Source: Lingula anatina (lineage: Eukaryota; Animalia; Brachiopoda). From it: a stretch of 64,000 nucleotides of DNA. This document shows, piece after piece, positions 24,210-37,025 of this stretch (position 1 is the first letter of the stretch; each line of letters starts with the position of its first letter). Below the pieces are notes generated by a model that saw nothing but the letters and a program-made list of their open reading frames with translations, made no database searches and was not told the DNA's origin. The position numbers and the translations under genes are program-made. The stretch covers positions 19,320,651-19,384,650 of the forward strand of contig CM120647.1 in the NCBI GenBank assembly GCA_051362555.1. Direction: 5' to 3'.

Positions 24210-27200
24210 CATCATCATCATCATCATCATTTAGAGCCTATAGTGTTCCACTGTTGGACAAAGGCCTCAGCATGCTTTTTCCATTGTTTCCTATCCTGAG
24301 CCTCAGATTTCCAGTTTGGCCAAGGTTTCTTCTTCCAAGACTTCCAGTAGTCATCTAATTCATCCCTCCATCGTTTGACCGACCTTCCTCTTTTTCTTTC
24401 TCCATACCTTGGGGTCCATTCTGTAAGCCTGATTGTCCACCTATTGTCCTTCATTCTTTTGACATGTCCTGCCCACCTCCATTTCATTTCTTTAACTGTG
24501 AGTAGTACGTCCTTGACTTTGGTCTGTTCACGTAACCATACATTCGTTTTCCACTCTCTTGGATTGATGTTCAACATAATTCTTTCCATCTTTCTCTGAG
24601 ATACTTGTAGCTTGTGTTCCATGGAGGCATTCAGAGCCCAGGTCTCTGAACCATAGGTGATTGCCGGCAGCACACAAGCATTGAACACTTTCTTTTTCAG
24701 GCAGGTAGGAAGGTTGCTCTTGAAGATGTCATTGTGCTTCCCATATGCTGCCCATCCTGCTTTTATCCTTCGTTGGATTTCTTTCTCCAGTGTTCGATCA
24801 CTAAGGCTGAACCGTTGCCCAAGGTATATATACTCTTCCACTGCTTCTATCTCTTTGGTGTTGACTTTCACTGTGCAAGGGGTGGTTAGTGGTCCAAACA
24901 TCACCTTTGTCTTGCTGGTGTTCATCTTTAGCCCACTTTTTGCGCTTTCATCTGCTAACGCCTGTAGCATTTCTTCTAGGTCTTTTGCAAACCGTCTGCA
25001 AACCTAAGGTGATTGAGCCTGGTACCGTCTATGTTTATGCCCTTGTCTTGCCAGTCTAGATCCCTGAATATACGTTCCAATGCTGCTGTGAACAGTTTAG
25101 GAGAGATTGTATCTCCTTGGCGTACACCTTTCTTGATCCTGATCTTATTGGAGGTCTTGTGTAGTTTGACTGTTACAGAGCTATTGGTGTATATGTCTCT
25201 GAGGACGTCTACGTATCTATCTTCGATCCCTAGATCTTGCAGGGATGCCAGTATATACTGGGTTTCTACTGAGTCGAAGGCTTTTTCATAATCAACGAAT
25301 GCTACACATAGTGGAATGTTATACTCGAGACATTTCTCTTTGAGCTGGTTGACAGTGTGCATATGATCAGTAGTGGTGTACTGGCCTCTGAAACCTGCTT
25401 GCTCCTTTGGCTGCGCTTCATCTAGTTGTCTTGTTAGCCTTTCGGTCAATATTTTGGTGTAAATCTTGTACAGATTAGAAAGTAGGTAGATGGGTCTGTA
25501 ATTCTTGATGTCTTTCCTATTGCCCTTTTTGAACATTATGATCATGTTGGCGTTCTTCCATGCTACAGGAATTTCCTTCAGATGTAAGCACTTTGTGAAG
25601 AGCCTGGCTAATTCCTGAGATAGGATATCTCCTCCTGCTTTTACCATTTCTGCTTTGATGTTGTCATTTCCTGCTGCCTTTCCGTTCTTCATTTTCTGGA
25701 CTGCTGACTCTACTTCCCAAGCTGTTATGTCTGGTACATCGCATGCCTTTGTTGAGATTTCTATTCCCTTGTTGCTGTCATACAACTCTCCATAGAATTC
25801 TTCTACTCGTTCTAATATTTGGTCTTGTGTGGTGAGCTCATTTTCATCTTTGTCTAGAAGAGTCAGCATTCTATCCTGCCCTAGTTGAAAGGATCTCTTT
25901 GCTCTTTTCATGCTCTTTCCATTTTCGATGGTCTCTGCTATCTTCTTCATGTTCTGATTCCTGATGTCTTTCCTTGCCTTCTTCTTGATGGTCTTATCCA
26001 GTTCTGCATATTCGATGTTGTTTCTGATGTCCCTGTTGTTGTTTACCTCCGTTTTCTTCATCATCCGTCTTTTCTTCATGAGAATCCTCGTTTCTGTTGA
26101 GAGCTTTGAGTCCTTCATTTTACTGGCCGGTGCGACTTCTGATGCACATTCTAGGATGGTGGTCGTTATTCTATCGTTCATTTCATCTACTCCATCTTCA
26201 CCTTCTAGCTCTAGTGCACTGAATCTGTTCGTTAGGAGGATTTGGAACTCTTCTTTCTTTATGACCAGTTGCTCGATACTAGGTCTCTTTGATGGATTTG
26301 ACAGACATTTCTGTCTGTCCTTCCTGACATTGATCCTAATCACTCCCATAACTGCTCTGTGGTCACTTCCCGCATCCAGTCTGTTTAGCACTTTCACATC
26401 CGTGAAGATGTTCGGTCTGTTTGTCATGATGTAATCAATTTCGTTTCTTGTACATCCATCTGGGCTTTGCCATGTCCATCTTCTTGATATCTTCTTCTTG
26501 TAGACGGTATTCATGATCTTCAAGTTATTTGCTGTCGCCCATTCAATCAGTAAGTCTCCTCTTTCATTCCTCTGCCAAATTTCCCTGTGGCACGCTCTTG
26601 TTCGTCTGACTTTATCCCGATCTTGGCGTTGAAATCACCCATGACTATGTGGTAGTGGCAGTCTGTTGTCAACTGACGCTGTACTTCTTCATACAGTTGT
26701 TCTACTTCTTCATCTGGTCTGCTTGATGTTGGTGCATATACCTGAATGAGTTTCATTGAGAATCTCTGATTCACTTTGAGCTTGACTGTAGCCACCCTTG
26801 CGCTAATTTGCTTTACCTCGATGATGTTTTTGCTTAGCGCCTTGTGTATCAGAAATCCAACTCCTTGTTGGCCATTTGAAGCATTTGTATGGTGCAATAT
26901 ATGTCCGCTATTTAAGGTAATTAAGCGTTCTTCCGCTCGCCTAATTTCTGACAAGCCTGTCACATGCCATTTAACTCCGGTGTCCTGGAGTTCAGTTTCC
27001 AATTCTGCAAGTCTTTCATTGTTCTTCACAGTTCTAATTTTGTAAGTAATGATGTTGAAATTTTTCACTGGTCTTGATGTTCGGTGATCCTTGCTGCCCC
27101 AGAGATTCTTAGCACCTCCCGCACTCTGCTGGTCTGAACCAGGATCACCTCCTAAGTTCAGGGCGTTTGTGCGGCTGGGTACTGGAGGCCGTGTGTTTGT

Positions 27201-27215
27201 TGGTTGTTTCATGCT
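24210..27215 (-). mobile_element. RTE-clade non-LTR retrotransposon (APE + RT), nearly full coding length, two frameshifts
   Basis: APE motifs GLSEIRR, QVYAPTS, MGDFNAK, NEIDYI and GSDH; RT motifs GVRQGDTISP and LRFAD; C-terminal YGSETW and KWRWAGH. It has a (GAT)n tail and a 14 bp TSD gtttctatcaggat (24196-24209, 27216-27229). Confidence 0.95.
24227..27212 (-). pseudogene. RTE ORF (endonuclease-reverse transcriptase) split into ORFs 26547-27212, 24976-26523 and 24227-24970
   Basis: Consecutive ORFs are collinear parts of one APE-RT protein, with breaks near 26560 and in the FADD motif near 24990. Confidence 0.9.
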
Positions 27216-27538
27216 GTTTCTATCAGGATGTCTTACAGAATTCTTATGGAGTCCCATAAAGACCTGAAGCAGATTTATAGAGTCCTCTAGGAGTCCAGTA
27301 GCGTCCCACAGAGTCCATAGGACACCCTATAGTATATTTTAATAAGGGTGATGCCCATTCAAGCCAGTTGTCTAGCCAGCAATTTCAAAATATTGTATTT
27401 CATCTGAAAGAGTGGACCTTTTCGCTCCATTACCTAACTTGAGAAATGAAATAGGAACTAGATTAGAAGTTGGAAAGTTTAAAAATATAACATTAGCAGA
27501 AGCCACTCACTAGAAAATAATCAAATGCTCTATTTCAG

Positions 27539-28794
27539 AAAACGCCCTAGTTTTAAAGGAGGAAGCAGATGGCGCCAAACCATGCACTTTGGTTGACACT
27601 ACAGAGAGCCTACAGTCTGCAAGTGGAGCACTCAGAGGTATGGGTACAAAAGACCCAAATCTTGCCGTCGATGGGGAAGGCGGTGTCTCCGAGTCCTACA
27701 CTATGGTTGACACCAAAGAGGGCCTTGAAACTGCACTCAAAACCCTGAAAAGTGTGAGTAAAGAAGAACCAAATTTTGCCTTCGATGGGGAAGGCAGTGC
27801 CTCCGAGTCTTGCACTATGGTTGACACCAAAGAGGGCCTTGAAACTGCACTCAAAACCCTGAAAAGTGTGAGTAAAGAAGGCCCAAATCTTGCCGTTGAT
27901 GGGGAAGGTTCTGATTATTCCAGAATGGGGACGCTGTCTTTACTTGCCGTCGCAACAAGAGATCACGCGTTCCTGTTTGATGTAATCAAGCTCGGACAAC
28001 TCGTTTTTGATCGCGGACTCCGCGAGATTCTCGAGGATCCCACACGCAAAAAGCTGATGTTTGACTGCCGCGAAGATTCTGATATCCTCTGGCATAACCA
28101 CCAAGTGAAACTTGACGGTGTCCTAGATATACAGCTTTTACAAGTTATGTATAGTAATAGAGATAACTCGGATCTCTCGCCATTTGGTCAAAAACGATGT
28201 GCCATAGCACCTTGCGAAAACGTATTTGGCTTGCTGCATTGCCTTGAGCACTACACCGACGACGTTACATCCATTAGAATAAAGAAATCGGTTAGGTGGT
28301 CATTTTTTCTATCAACAGAGAAGTGGATGGACAGACCCCTACCTGCGGACATGATTAAGTACGCATGCGTCGACGTATCAACCTTATTTGGCCTCTACGA
28401 AAAAATGAAAATGACGAGCTATTTGGACATGAGACGGTTGGAGATTGCATCATCGCGCTACGCCGATCTGAAGCGTTCGCTCACCGTACGCCGTTTTGAC
28501 GATTTTGAAAAAAATGGGTACCTGCCACTACTTATAATACCTCCAAAAGGATCTGTTGGCTTTTCGGACTATCAGTCCAATAAAGGCACCGAGTGCACGG
28601 GTTGTAAAAGGCGTTTTCCGCGGGAAGCGTTCACTTACACACAGCTTAGAAAAGGAGAACAAAAATGCAGAGTTTGCAGGAAGGTGAAAAACGACAATGA
28701 TGTTGAGAGTAACAGAGAAGACAATTGGGCACGTGACTGCTCTGACGACAGTGCTGTATACTACTCCACGGATGAAAATGAGGATTATTATTAG
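27539..28794 (+). CDS. DEDDy exonuclease with Stc1-like zinc finger, copy 3 main exon, with triplicated N-terminal 38-aa segment
   Basis: Intact Exo motifs (AVDGEG, FDCREDSDIL, YACVD) and CTGC...CRVC. The frame is open back to the acceptor at 27538. Confidence 0.9.
27586..27910 (+). repeat. 114 bp in-frame tandem repeat x3
   Basis: T(L/M)VDT.E.L..A...L......PN(L/F)A(V/F)DGEG occurs three times. Confidence 0.9.
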
Positions 28795-29785
28795 GAGGAA
28801 CGGAAAAGTATTTTAATTTTCAGGGCCATTTGATTGACGCGCAGGTTGTACGTATATGTGTGGAAGCTTGAGTAAGCAAAAAAGCATAGTCTTCTTATAT
28901 ACAGATGATCCTCTACCATGGTCACAGATTGATTTTTTACGAGTTAAATATGTACCAAAACGAGCAGTGTATAAGTCTATACTAAATATATTCCGATTGC
29001 CGTTATTTTTTCCCTGAAAGACTTTGCTTGGCATAAATTCAGGGTGAGTTAAAAACAACAACAACATGATGTGACTATTTTACGGAACGTTATTGATATA
29101 GTTGTTTACTGCATGCACTTTGAACGTTCTCAGCATAATTTACTCGTTTCACTTTCAGTTTGCAGCGTTTTTTTTTTAATGATTTACAAGGAAACTACGG
29201 GGGGCAGTATGCACGACGGTAGGATGTTGACGTACTTCGTATTAGTATTTTTACAATGTTGTCCCCATTTTTGCCTCTTTGCAACCCCACAAATTGAAAT
29301 GTGTGCACTGTTTCTTTGGAAATTTTATTTTAAATGTAGATATTTCAGGCGCACACATTAATGTTAAATGTCAACACTATTCAGTGTTTATTATTAGTCT
29401 GCTTCATTTCTCTTAGTATTGGGACTTTCAATTAATGCGGCCGTCACCGGCCAAATTTCGAACATCATACTTGAGTTTGTCACATTACTTTATAAGCATG
29501 TCGTTATATTCAAATTAGTTAGGATCAAGTAGACATAAAAAAAACTATGCTTTGTTTAGTGAAAGGGCAGGTTGGCTTCAAAAATAAACATGAATGGACC
29601 CATGAATGAATAATTTCCACAAATATTGCGTCAATGAAGTATTCAACTTTTTATGTAAAATTGTAAATAGTGTCGGTCAAATGAGGCTTAATAGCAAATA
29701 AAATGCAGGTAACCAAAGGAAATCAATAACAAGATGATAGAAATATCGGTAAATGTCAACATATTGAATATGCATTTGTGGTGCT

Positions 29786-30220
29786 TTTGCCACATCGAAC
29801 AGAACAACAGGGTAGCCTCTTTTTAATTTTGTTTCTACCACTCAATAGTAATGTTTAAATTTGAAGAAATTATGATTTAAAAGGGCAGTATTGGTAAAAT
29901 TCCCTATTTTCTCCCATTTAAAACATTGGGTAGTTACCATATTTAATGCCACTTATACCGCTGAATGAATTCACAGACAGCTTCAGTGTTCTTCTTTACA
30001 TGTAACTATAAAATAATAACAAAATGAAATAAAACTGATTCAATAGATAAATGATATAAATTGTCTGTTTTATTGATATGAAATTTAATGGACTAATATA
30101 GTTTTAATACAAGACAAAAAATGGATGAAGTAAAATAATTATAAAACCTTTCACCATTTATTTCTATCTAAACATTTATAAATTACAAAAACGTACCACA
30201 TCATGTTTTCAAGTGTATCA
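29786..30220. repeat. Block paralogous to ~60055-60432 (3' flank of the RDEL gene)
   Basis: Shared gaacagaaca...gtagcct...ctaccactca and ttttattgatatgaaatttaatggactaatata. Confidence 0.8.
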
Positions 30221-31045
30221 TGCCAGTAACCATTCTAGAGTTACTGCACATCTCCATAATTTAAATGAAGATTTCCCTTTTATGTTCACTAACGAGTTCA
30301 AAGGTGAAAAAAGCAATAGCCCCATCGATAACGTAACCCCGAAGCATAATTTCATACTTTGTTTGAACAATAAAATTGACTCTATATTCTTCCATTGCAG
30401 ATGTTTTTATTAATTTCCTTGTGTTTCGTGGACAATTCAAAGATTTTCCGGTTGGATATTCTGATATCTTGATCCTCTTTGGGTGCTGAAAGTGCAGTTG
30501 CTTTTTCATCGGCAGAGCAGCTTTGTGCGTCCGCCATTTTGTTTGCGGTAAGATCAAAGTAACTAATTATCTGAATTCTCTTACGGCCATTTCTTACCAA
30601 AATTTGACAAATAAATAACTCATTTGAACCGAGAATTAGTTTTTAAAAATATCTAGGTAGGGGTTGCAGAATTCTAAAAACTCGTTAATCTAACTCTAAA
30701 ACACGATGTTTGCAAAAACTCACCGGAAACGTAAATCAAATTTAGGTCGATCTATTTTTCTATTGTTCTATAGCACCTTTTCGAGGAAGGGTTAAAAAGC
30801 GGTATAGTATGACGGCATGACTTCCATATAGGGCTGCATTTTAATGATTTTCGGTAAAAACCTATATTGCTTATGTGTAAAATCAATCATTAACACTTTC
30901 ATACCTCAAATAAAACAATGTAAAAAAGATGTGACGCCAATCTCGTTCAGAGAACAAATCAAAAGGCAACAGGAGCTATATTCTGGTAACTTTTTCTAAC
31001 CTTGTGATCCACGGGAAGTAAAGTGGCAGTCATAAACCTAGGGTT

Positions 31046-33326
31046 TAGTCGAGCAGCCAGAACGCTAACCCTGCAATGTTTTTTCCTGTAAACTTTTTTC
31101 GCTGAAATGCATTCTTTAGGTCGAGAGAAGTAAAATTAGCTTGGTTGCTATTTCCGAGTCGTTTTTTGAGCATTTTTCAATATGGCCGCCAATTTATGAG
31201 AAAAAATAGAAAAACGAGCAGAAGTTGCCGGGTAAACTTTATTGACAGCTTTTTCGAACGTGTATCCTATCAGGAAAGCACAACAGTACTAGTGAGTACA
31301 CTTAAGCCCGTTGCATATAGCAAAATAGCCAAAATGGACGTCAAAACATATGGCAGAAAGTAAAAACAGCTGCAAAATAAGTTCGTTTTTTGGAAATTAA
31401 GTCTTATTAAAAACATTTCCGCCTTTTCTATTTATGTCCATTATAATAATTTGTGAGTCGTGATCCTAAACTCTCAGAAACTGCTTATTTGACATTAATC
31501 AGATGGTGGCAGACGGTGCCATCTCCTGAGAGTCCATTTGCCACTCCGACGAGCCCCATAGTCAAAGCTTGCTATGTTATATCTTGCAAGCTTTTTTAAA
31601 AGAAATTGTTTCATCTGGGTTACAAACTTAGAGAAGCTTATATTACGAGATATTTACAATTTTTCAAAATTCAAGATGGCCGTCAATTTGTTATGTGAAT
31701 AGCGAGAGCCATACATTCAAATAAAAAAGTAATGATTCACTCCATTGTTCATCATTGCATATTTATATTTATATCCATGCAAAGTTTTTGTTCTGAAACT
31801 ATTCATGAAACTTAAGATTTTTGGTTCTGTATACCAATGTCTTAAACAAATGATTCGTATGAAAATAATCCAGTTTAGAGCTTCAAAATAACAATCACTT
31901 TGAAAAATATGGCCTCAAAGATTTTAATGGCTGTCAGTATACCTGTATAACCAAGAGATTTGTAAGATGTTTTACTTATTGACACTTTAAAATGTAAAGT
32001 GAAAAAGTCCAGTAATAAGAAAAACTAGAAATGTTGTTATATACTGATGAAATATTCTTACACGTGCCAATCTCAATAAAAAGAATGGGAAGTTTTAAAG
32101 CTTAATTTTATGTCCATACTGAAAAAGTTATGATAAAGATATAAAATTAAAATATTAAGGTATGATCAATATAAAAACAAAAACAAAAAAAAAATAAGGT
32201 TAATATTCTGACAAAAGTTAAATTAAATTACACTCATCCCCTCCCACCCCCCGTCCCCACCTTGGTTGGACTCCGTGTAAATATGAGAGTCCCGATTGCA
32301 GATTAACATTTTGGACTCCCTGTGCCCAAATTCCTGCAGAACCCCCTGTAGGCCCTTAATAAAATTTCTGTATTAAAAAGAGAACTTACAGTACGTAATG
32401 GTCAGTCCTATCAATGATCCTCTTTTATAGAGTCTTAGTATAACTGTACCTTACAAGTACACTTTGTCAATAAATAACAGGGTTGGATATATTTTATTAT
32501 ACGCCGAATTATCAGTTTAAAACGTAATTTAACTGCTTTTTTTACCTTTTTTGGGCATGTTTTAGCGGTCATTTGAAATGCGGAATACCATGCACTTTAA
32601 ACCCGACTCTTTGCTATGTTACATAATTATTCATTTATAATATAATATAATGATATCATAATATATTTTTATATTATTGACGGCCATCTTGAATTTTGAA
32701 AATTGATCAATGTTCCATATCTAGCTTCTGCCAAGAAGCCCAAATTAAATTGGCTTTTATACTCCCAAAGTGTTAAATTCTTTTTAAAAATTCAGGGAAT
32801 ATCATTTTAAGTATTTGACTATGGGACCCGGAGAAGTAGCAAACAGACTCTTGGGGGGTTATTGAACTGTCAGATAAGCTTAGTCCAAGAATTTCGGGTC
32901 ATGACTAACAAAATATTATAAGTAACATAAATATAAAAAGGGGATATGGTTTTAATAAAAATAAATATGCAAAAAACAAACTGATTCTGCAGCTTTTATC
33001 ATTTTCTGCCTTATGTTTTGACGGCCATTTTGGTTTGTTGCTAAGTGGTACGCACTTAAGCGTATTCAATAGTACTGTTGTGCTCTCCTGATAGGATACA
33101 CGTTCAAAAAAGCTGTCAATAAAGTTTACCCGGCGACTTCTGGTCGTTTTTCTATTTGTCCTCATAAATTGACGGCCATATTGAAAAATGCTCAAGGTCT
33201 CGGAAATAGCAACCAAGCTAATTTTGCTTCTCTCGGCCTGAAGAATGCATTTCAGCAAAAAAAAGTTTAGAGGAAAGAACATTGCAGGGTTCGACAATTG
33301 GGCCTATGGGAGTGGCGACTCGACTA
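31046..33326. mobile_element. Non-autonomous DNA transposon with ~400 bp TIRs, Academ-like
   Basis: TAGTCGAG...CTCGACTA termini and long diverged inverted repeats (~31066-31480 vs ~32880-33292), visible as mirror ORFs 31145+ and 33297-. The TSD is imperfect (gtt/ctt). Confidence 0.75.
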
Positions 33327-34118
33327 CTTGTCAACACAAAATATTCAGATTTTCCGGGACAGTGGTATACACTATAAGGTAAGACAGTGAACAAAATAAC
33401 GCATAGGCATTCCTATTAGATATTAGTGGGGCTACGACTTAGATTTTAAAAGACGTCGGTTTAGTTATGCACACCTTGGACATAATAATGAGTACACACG
33501 TTCTTATACCTTCCTTGGGATCTAACTGTTTCCTCTGGCCATTCCACAGTCATCGTTTTTCCTATCTAGGATTGTCGCTCCAAAAATTCACTAAGAAAAA
33601 AGGCTACTCACCAAACATTGCCCGGCCCAAACCGACATTTTAATTCGGTGTTTTATTTAATTTCTAATTAAATTATTCAGTTCTAATTGACTGGTTTCCA
33701 TGTTTTCCTGTGTATTTCAAAGGGAAATATCGACATCAAGTAGTAGAGGGGTTTTGTCGTTTTAAGGGACATAGAAGTAGCCTTACAGGATGTGTAAATG
33801 TGTTAGGGATCATGACTGTGGGGAAAATGCTCAGTGGATGGTGGATGGTGCTCAGTCTCATGGTACAGTGTATATTACACCGAGGAAGGTCACAGAGTAG
33901 CAAAGAGTTTTGTAATGTCTGGCTTCCATTTAGTGTAGAAAGTGAACATTTTAAACTAATGATTATTACCAACAGACTACACAGATGAATTTCCATCAGA
34001 ATACTTTATTGGAGACTCTATTACAAATGTTCATCTTTCATGTACACAAGCTTTTATACGTAATGCATAGTTTGTATCAATAACACATTTACAAGTAGCT
34101 TCTTTTCCAGACCTAATC

Positions 34119-35362
34119 ATGTCAGAAGTTAAGTACTCCGTAACGATCAAGAAAGAGAACACCGAGACCAGCCTTGCAGGGTGCGGGAGAGAAAGTAAGA
34201 GAGGCGCTGGGGCAAGCGTTTTCAGTGCTGAAGAAAAACCCGCCATTTCGGAAAAGATCAATGAATGCTTTATTGGAAGGAATGAATCAGAGAATAAAAG
34301 AAGAAAGAGACGAGATAAATAGTGTAGCGGGACCCTCTGGTATTGATAAACCCCCGCAAGATGGCGCCACACCTGTCATGTATACTTTAGTTGACACCAA
34401 AGAGCGCCTTGAACATGCTCTTAGAACACTGAGAAGCGTGAGTAAAGAAGGCCCAAATCTTGCCGTCGATGGCGAAGATTCTTCCAGAAAAGGAACGCTG
34501 TATTTAATTGCTATCGCAACAAGAGACCATGCGTTCGCGTTTGATGTCACTAAGCTCGGAGAGCTCATTTTCGATCGTGGGCGTCGAGAGATTCTCGAGG
34601 ACCCCACACGCGAAAAGCTGATGTACGACTGCCGTGAAGATTTATGATATCCTCTGGCATAACCACCACGTGAAACTTGACGGCGTCCTGGATCTGCAGC
34701 TTTTGCAAGTGATGCATAGCAAAAGGGACAGCTCAGTTCTGTCGCCAATCGGCCAAAAACGCGGTGATGTTGCAACCTGCGAAAGAGTGTATACTGTGGA
34801 GGATTGCCTTGAGCTTTATATCAACGATGCTAAGTCCCGTCAAAGAAGGAAATATATTGGCCTAGGTTATGTGCTATCAGCATGGCATTGGAGAAATAGA
34901 CATTGTTTCATCCCCGATGACAAGTTTGCGTGCATGGACGTACCAACTCTTTTTATCCTCTACGACAAAATGAAAATGGACGATCAAGACATGAGGCGGT
35001 TGAAAATTGCATCAGAGCGTTACGTTGATCTGAAGCGATCGATAACCGAACGCCGTTATGATTATTTTGAAAACAATGGATACCTGCCACTTAATGTAAT
35101 ACCTGAAAGACGATGTTTTGGTTTTTCAGCCTGTCAGTCCTCTGAAGGCTCTGAGTGTATGGGCTGTAAAAGGCGCTTTCCACGGGAGGCATTCACCAAG
35201 ACGCAACTCAGAAAAGGAGAACAAAAATGTAGAGTTTGTAGAAAGGTGAAAAACGACAAAGATGTCCAGATTAACAGGGAGAGAAACTGGGAAAGTGATG
35301 ACGAAGAGCGCTGGGTACCAGGACAGCGCTGGGCACCAGAAATATATATAGACGAACACTAA
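34119..35362 (+). pseudogene. Exonuclease-zinc finger copy 4, frameshifted
   Basis: Homology is spread over ORFs 34119, 34174 and 34634. There is a +1 insertion at ~34643 in ExoII, ExoIII Y is replaced by F (FACMD), and there is a deletion after DGE. Confidence 0.85.
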
Positions 35363-35547
35363 GACCCCATTTCCAGAGATTAGATCGATCTACTTTAGAT
35401 CGACTTAATTCCCTGGGCGGACACGAAAGTTAATTACCCCCTTACAGCTTGTAGTAGGCGGGACGGACATTTAAGCCGAATTATCTGACAGTAATCTATT
35501 GAGACTCCCCGCGGGGATAGATCGATCTAAAAGCTCTGGGAATACGG
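35363..35547. mobile_element. MITE directly after the copy 4 stop codon
   Basis: Imperfect TIRs ccccatttccagagattagatcgatcta / tagatcgatctaaaagctctgggaatacgg; the interior resembles 21918-22165. Confidence 0.65.
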
Positions 35548-36399
35548 CAAGATGTATGTGCATGTATTTTAAAAGATTAAACTTTCCTATTCAGAAAACA
35601 AGAAAAACGTAGCAATGGCGAATCCACCGGAGGAAGGGGAAACAATGGACATGTTACCCCCCCTCCCTAGCAAAAAAGTAAATAAGAAACAAACCAAGCC
35701 ATTGCACACCATATTTCACGCCTTAATTATTGATTATCGTTTTATATTAGCACGATGAAAGGAAGGAAAATATCCCACGATCCTGAGGCCGATGCAACTT
35801 TTCTTTGTTCTTCAAAACAACACATCGATCGAAAGCGATATCAATAATTGCCTTTTTTAATAATTCAAAACACTTATGTGAATTTATGCCCTCCAAGATG
35901 TAAAATATGCAGTGGGTTTTCGTTTTGTTATGTGAATATTATGATTGAATAATTTCTGCTTAATTGCTGTTTTCAGTGGTATCTTATCATTTCTTTTTGT
36001 TCGCTTCCTTTATGATAAATCTCTGTTGCATTATTTTAATTCATGATAGACTGCAACGGGTAATTTGAAGGTGTAGTCCAAAAACTATTTTTTTAATCTA
36101 AAGATAAAGAAATGATTGTCAACCTTTTTTCATGTTATCAGGATTATTGTCTTCGTGAAGGAGATCATTTATTTAATCAAAGTGATTTATGAGCTTGCTA
36201 ACTGAGAGCTCATTCAGAACAGGGGACTAACAGATCCGCGGATCAAATATGGCCGACCTACACTGTACTTGCATGCTTGCTGTGTAATCCCCGCAGGATA
36301 TCTGTTCAGTGTCTAATACTGAATTAAGCGGCAAGCTTTTTAGTGTTCTGAATGCGCTCTGAATTTAAGTCACTTCTCAGGTTTAGCATCCTTAATTAA

Positions 36400-37025
36400 G
36401 GATATTGTTACCCTTTATCATCCAGATACTGAAAATGAGTTTTTCCCGCATGTAATTATTCAATGATGCATCTATCTTTGTGCTGATTAAAAACAATAAA
36501 AACCTCTAAAATATGGTATATCGGCGTTTGTATTTTTCCGTTGCAATGTATAAGCATAGGCAACTCAAAGCTTTAATCGTCAATTTAACACCTTTCTATT
36601 TTAAAGTGAGATATTAATCAGTGTGGGGCGTAACTTCATCACTGAACAAGCCTTCATCAAGAAAATTGGCGGAGATGATCAGCAGAGTGTAAGTTACTAA
36701 CCCCTTATTACAGATTTTCGTTTTGCTTTATAAAAGATAAGATCTTAACAAAGACTTTTAAGAAAAATCCCTTGATCAGGAGTACTAAATGGTGTCATTA
36801 AATCTGCGTTAAAACGGTGATCGTGGGTGCCCAGCTAAAAAAGAAATTTGAGAAAATGATTTTTCAGTTTTTACCCCAATATCGTAATTATGACGTCACC
36901 CGTAAGATAACATATCTGTAAATGTAAATTAATTTTGTCAATGAGCACTGAAGTATCATTTATTACCAAAAAGAATGTATGTAAGGCAGTAAATATGGAG
37001 TTTTGGGCGAAGGGTGATAATATCC
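36400..37025. mobile_element. TTAA-flanked Kolobok-like MITE, copy B
   Basis: ttaa|ggatattgttaccctt ... aagggtgataatatcc|ttaa; reverse-complement homologue of 22835-23498. Confidence 0.8.

Noticed and set aside
24140-27340. A small TIR element hosting the RTE (cctatagga-rich ends)
   Set aside because: Suggestive, but I could not define matching termini or a TSD.
31145-33297. Two similar ORFs on opposite strands as a gene pair
   Set aside because: They are translations of the two long TIRs of one transposon.
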